From positions 27,590,001 through 27,654,000 of the forward strand of contig CP158635.1 of assembly GCA_050273025.1 (NCBI GenBank): 64,000 bases of DNA, in the 5' to 3' direction. Position numbers and translations under genes: made by a program. This document shows, piece by piece, positions 63,053 to 64,000 of this stretch (position 1 is the first letter of the stretch; each line of letters starts with the position of its first letter). The notes under the pieces were generated by a model, which saw nothing but the letters and a program-made list of their open reading frames with translations, did no database searches and was not told the origin of the DNA. This DNA comes from Cenococcum geophilum (taxonomy: Eukaryota).

Positions 63053-64000
63053 CAGTCAAATCTCTTTATTACGATATTGGGTATATAACGATATCATTTA
63101 TATTACGATCTACACCCCTTAATTAAGCCTTTTTTGGTATAATATTACGATAATCTAACTTTTAATAATATCGTTAAGTACCTACCACCAATATCGGTAT
63201 AAGCAGATTTTAATTCATTAGATTTAGCCTTTGCTTACCATAAGTTTAGCTATTAAATCCATTACACTACAATTAAAATCTATTAAAATAACCCTTAGAT
63301 CTCGCTCTCCATACTTAATTCTACCTTATTTATTATGGTAAGACATAAAAATCCTAAAAGGCTACGCCGCTACGGGTTCTCTAATTATAAGCGCTAGAAG
63401 ATACGCGCTTACTACTAAAAACACCCTAATAAATTATAAAAGTAGATTACTTTATAGGTAAGCAACTTCCTCCGTTAAAAGATTAGTTAATCCTTAATAT
63501 TAGAAATACTAGGCAACAAATTCTAAAAGCTTAATATAGCTAAATTGCTATTTAGGTAAGGCATATAAGAGTAACAGAGAGGTAGTAAATAGCTTTTAGA
63601 GGAGGCTTTCTTTAAGTGGCACTAACGCCTATAGAACTTTCGTATTCTTATTACTAGTGATTTTATATATACTGCTGCCACTTAGTTATAGCAATAAATA
63701 CCTATACTAGTAGAAACAGTAAAGCTAAAGTGGTTACTTAGCTAGCTAGAAGGCTTTAAATCTTATAATAGTATTCGTAAGAGAAAGTAGTACGGTAAGG
63801 CTGCCTTAGTTAATATAGAGGGAGCAGAAGATCGCATAATAGAGCTTTAAGTAATTATCGCTATCACGGAACCTTATAGTAGATACTACGGTAGGTCCTG
63901 TTATTGGGCTAGGTGTATAAGTATTACAAGTAAGTTAACAATGTAATAATAACTAGTGGAGTGGTTGCCTAATAGATTAACTCTAATTATATTCTAAGAA
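63053..64000 (+). mobile_element. RIP-degraded pogo/Tigger-like (CENP-B HTH) transposon, cut by the window end
   Basis: TA|CAGTCAAATCTCTTTATTACGAT terminus; stop-riddled relic ...LLEEAFFKWH...GKAALVNIEGAE; strong TpA excess. Confidence 0.7.

Overview
Filamentous ascomycete (Pezizomycotina) genomic DNA: intron-containing genes, RIP-like TpA-rich transposon relics and fungal NLR/HET genes. Conserved genes (SDR, ZZ/EF-hand protein, WDR6/Trm734, PBDC1, BRCT protein, HYPK-like, class II DAHP synthase, Mak31-like LSM protein, SPT5) are interrupted by two accessory islands. Island 1 (~12.1-33.3 kb) holds a three-level transposon nest (piggyBac-like > Fot1/pogo > copia), an NWD-NACHT-WD NLR split by a solo LTR, and an apparently intact HET-NACHT-WD40 NLR with 11 near-identical repeats. 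Island 2 (~45.6-50.7 kb) holds a HET gene and piggyBac-like/MITE relics. A STE6-like pheromone exporter is a pseudogene with three insertions, several frameshifts and a stop. Main candidate for an undescribed system: the NLR genes are bordered by a conserved CGCTAGCAGGGAGG site with no target duplication, in inverted orientation around one gene. The two NLRs also share a 3' hairpin, and a 46-bp module links the NLR island to the HET island. Together this suggests cassette-like handling of non-self-recognition genes. All family calls are from motif recognition by eye; no searches were run.
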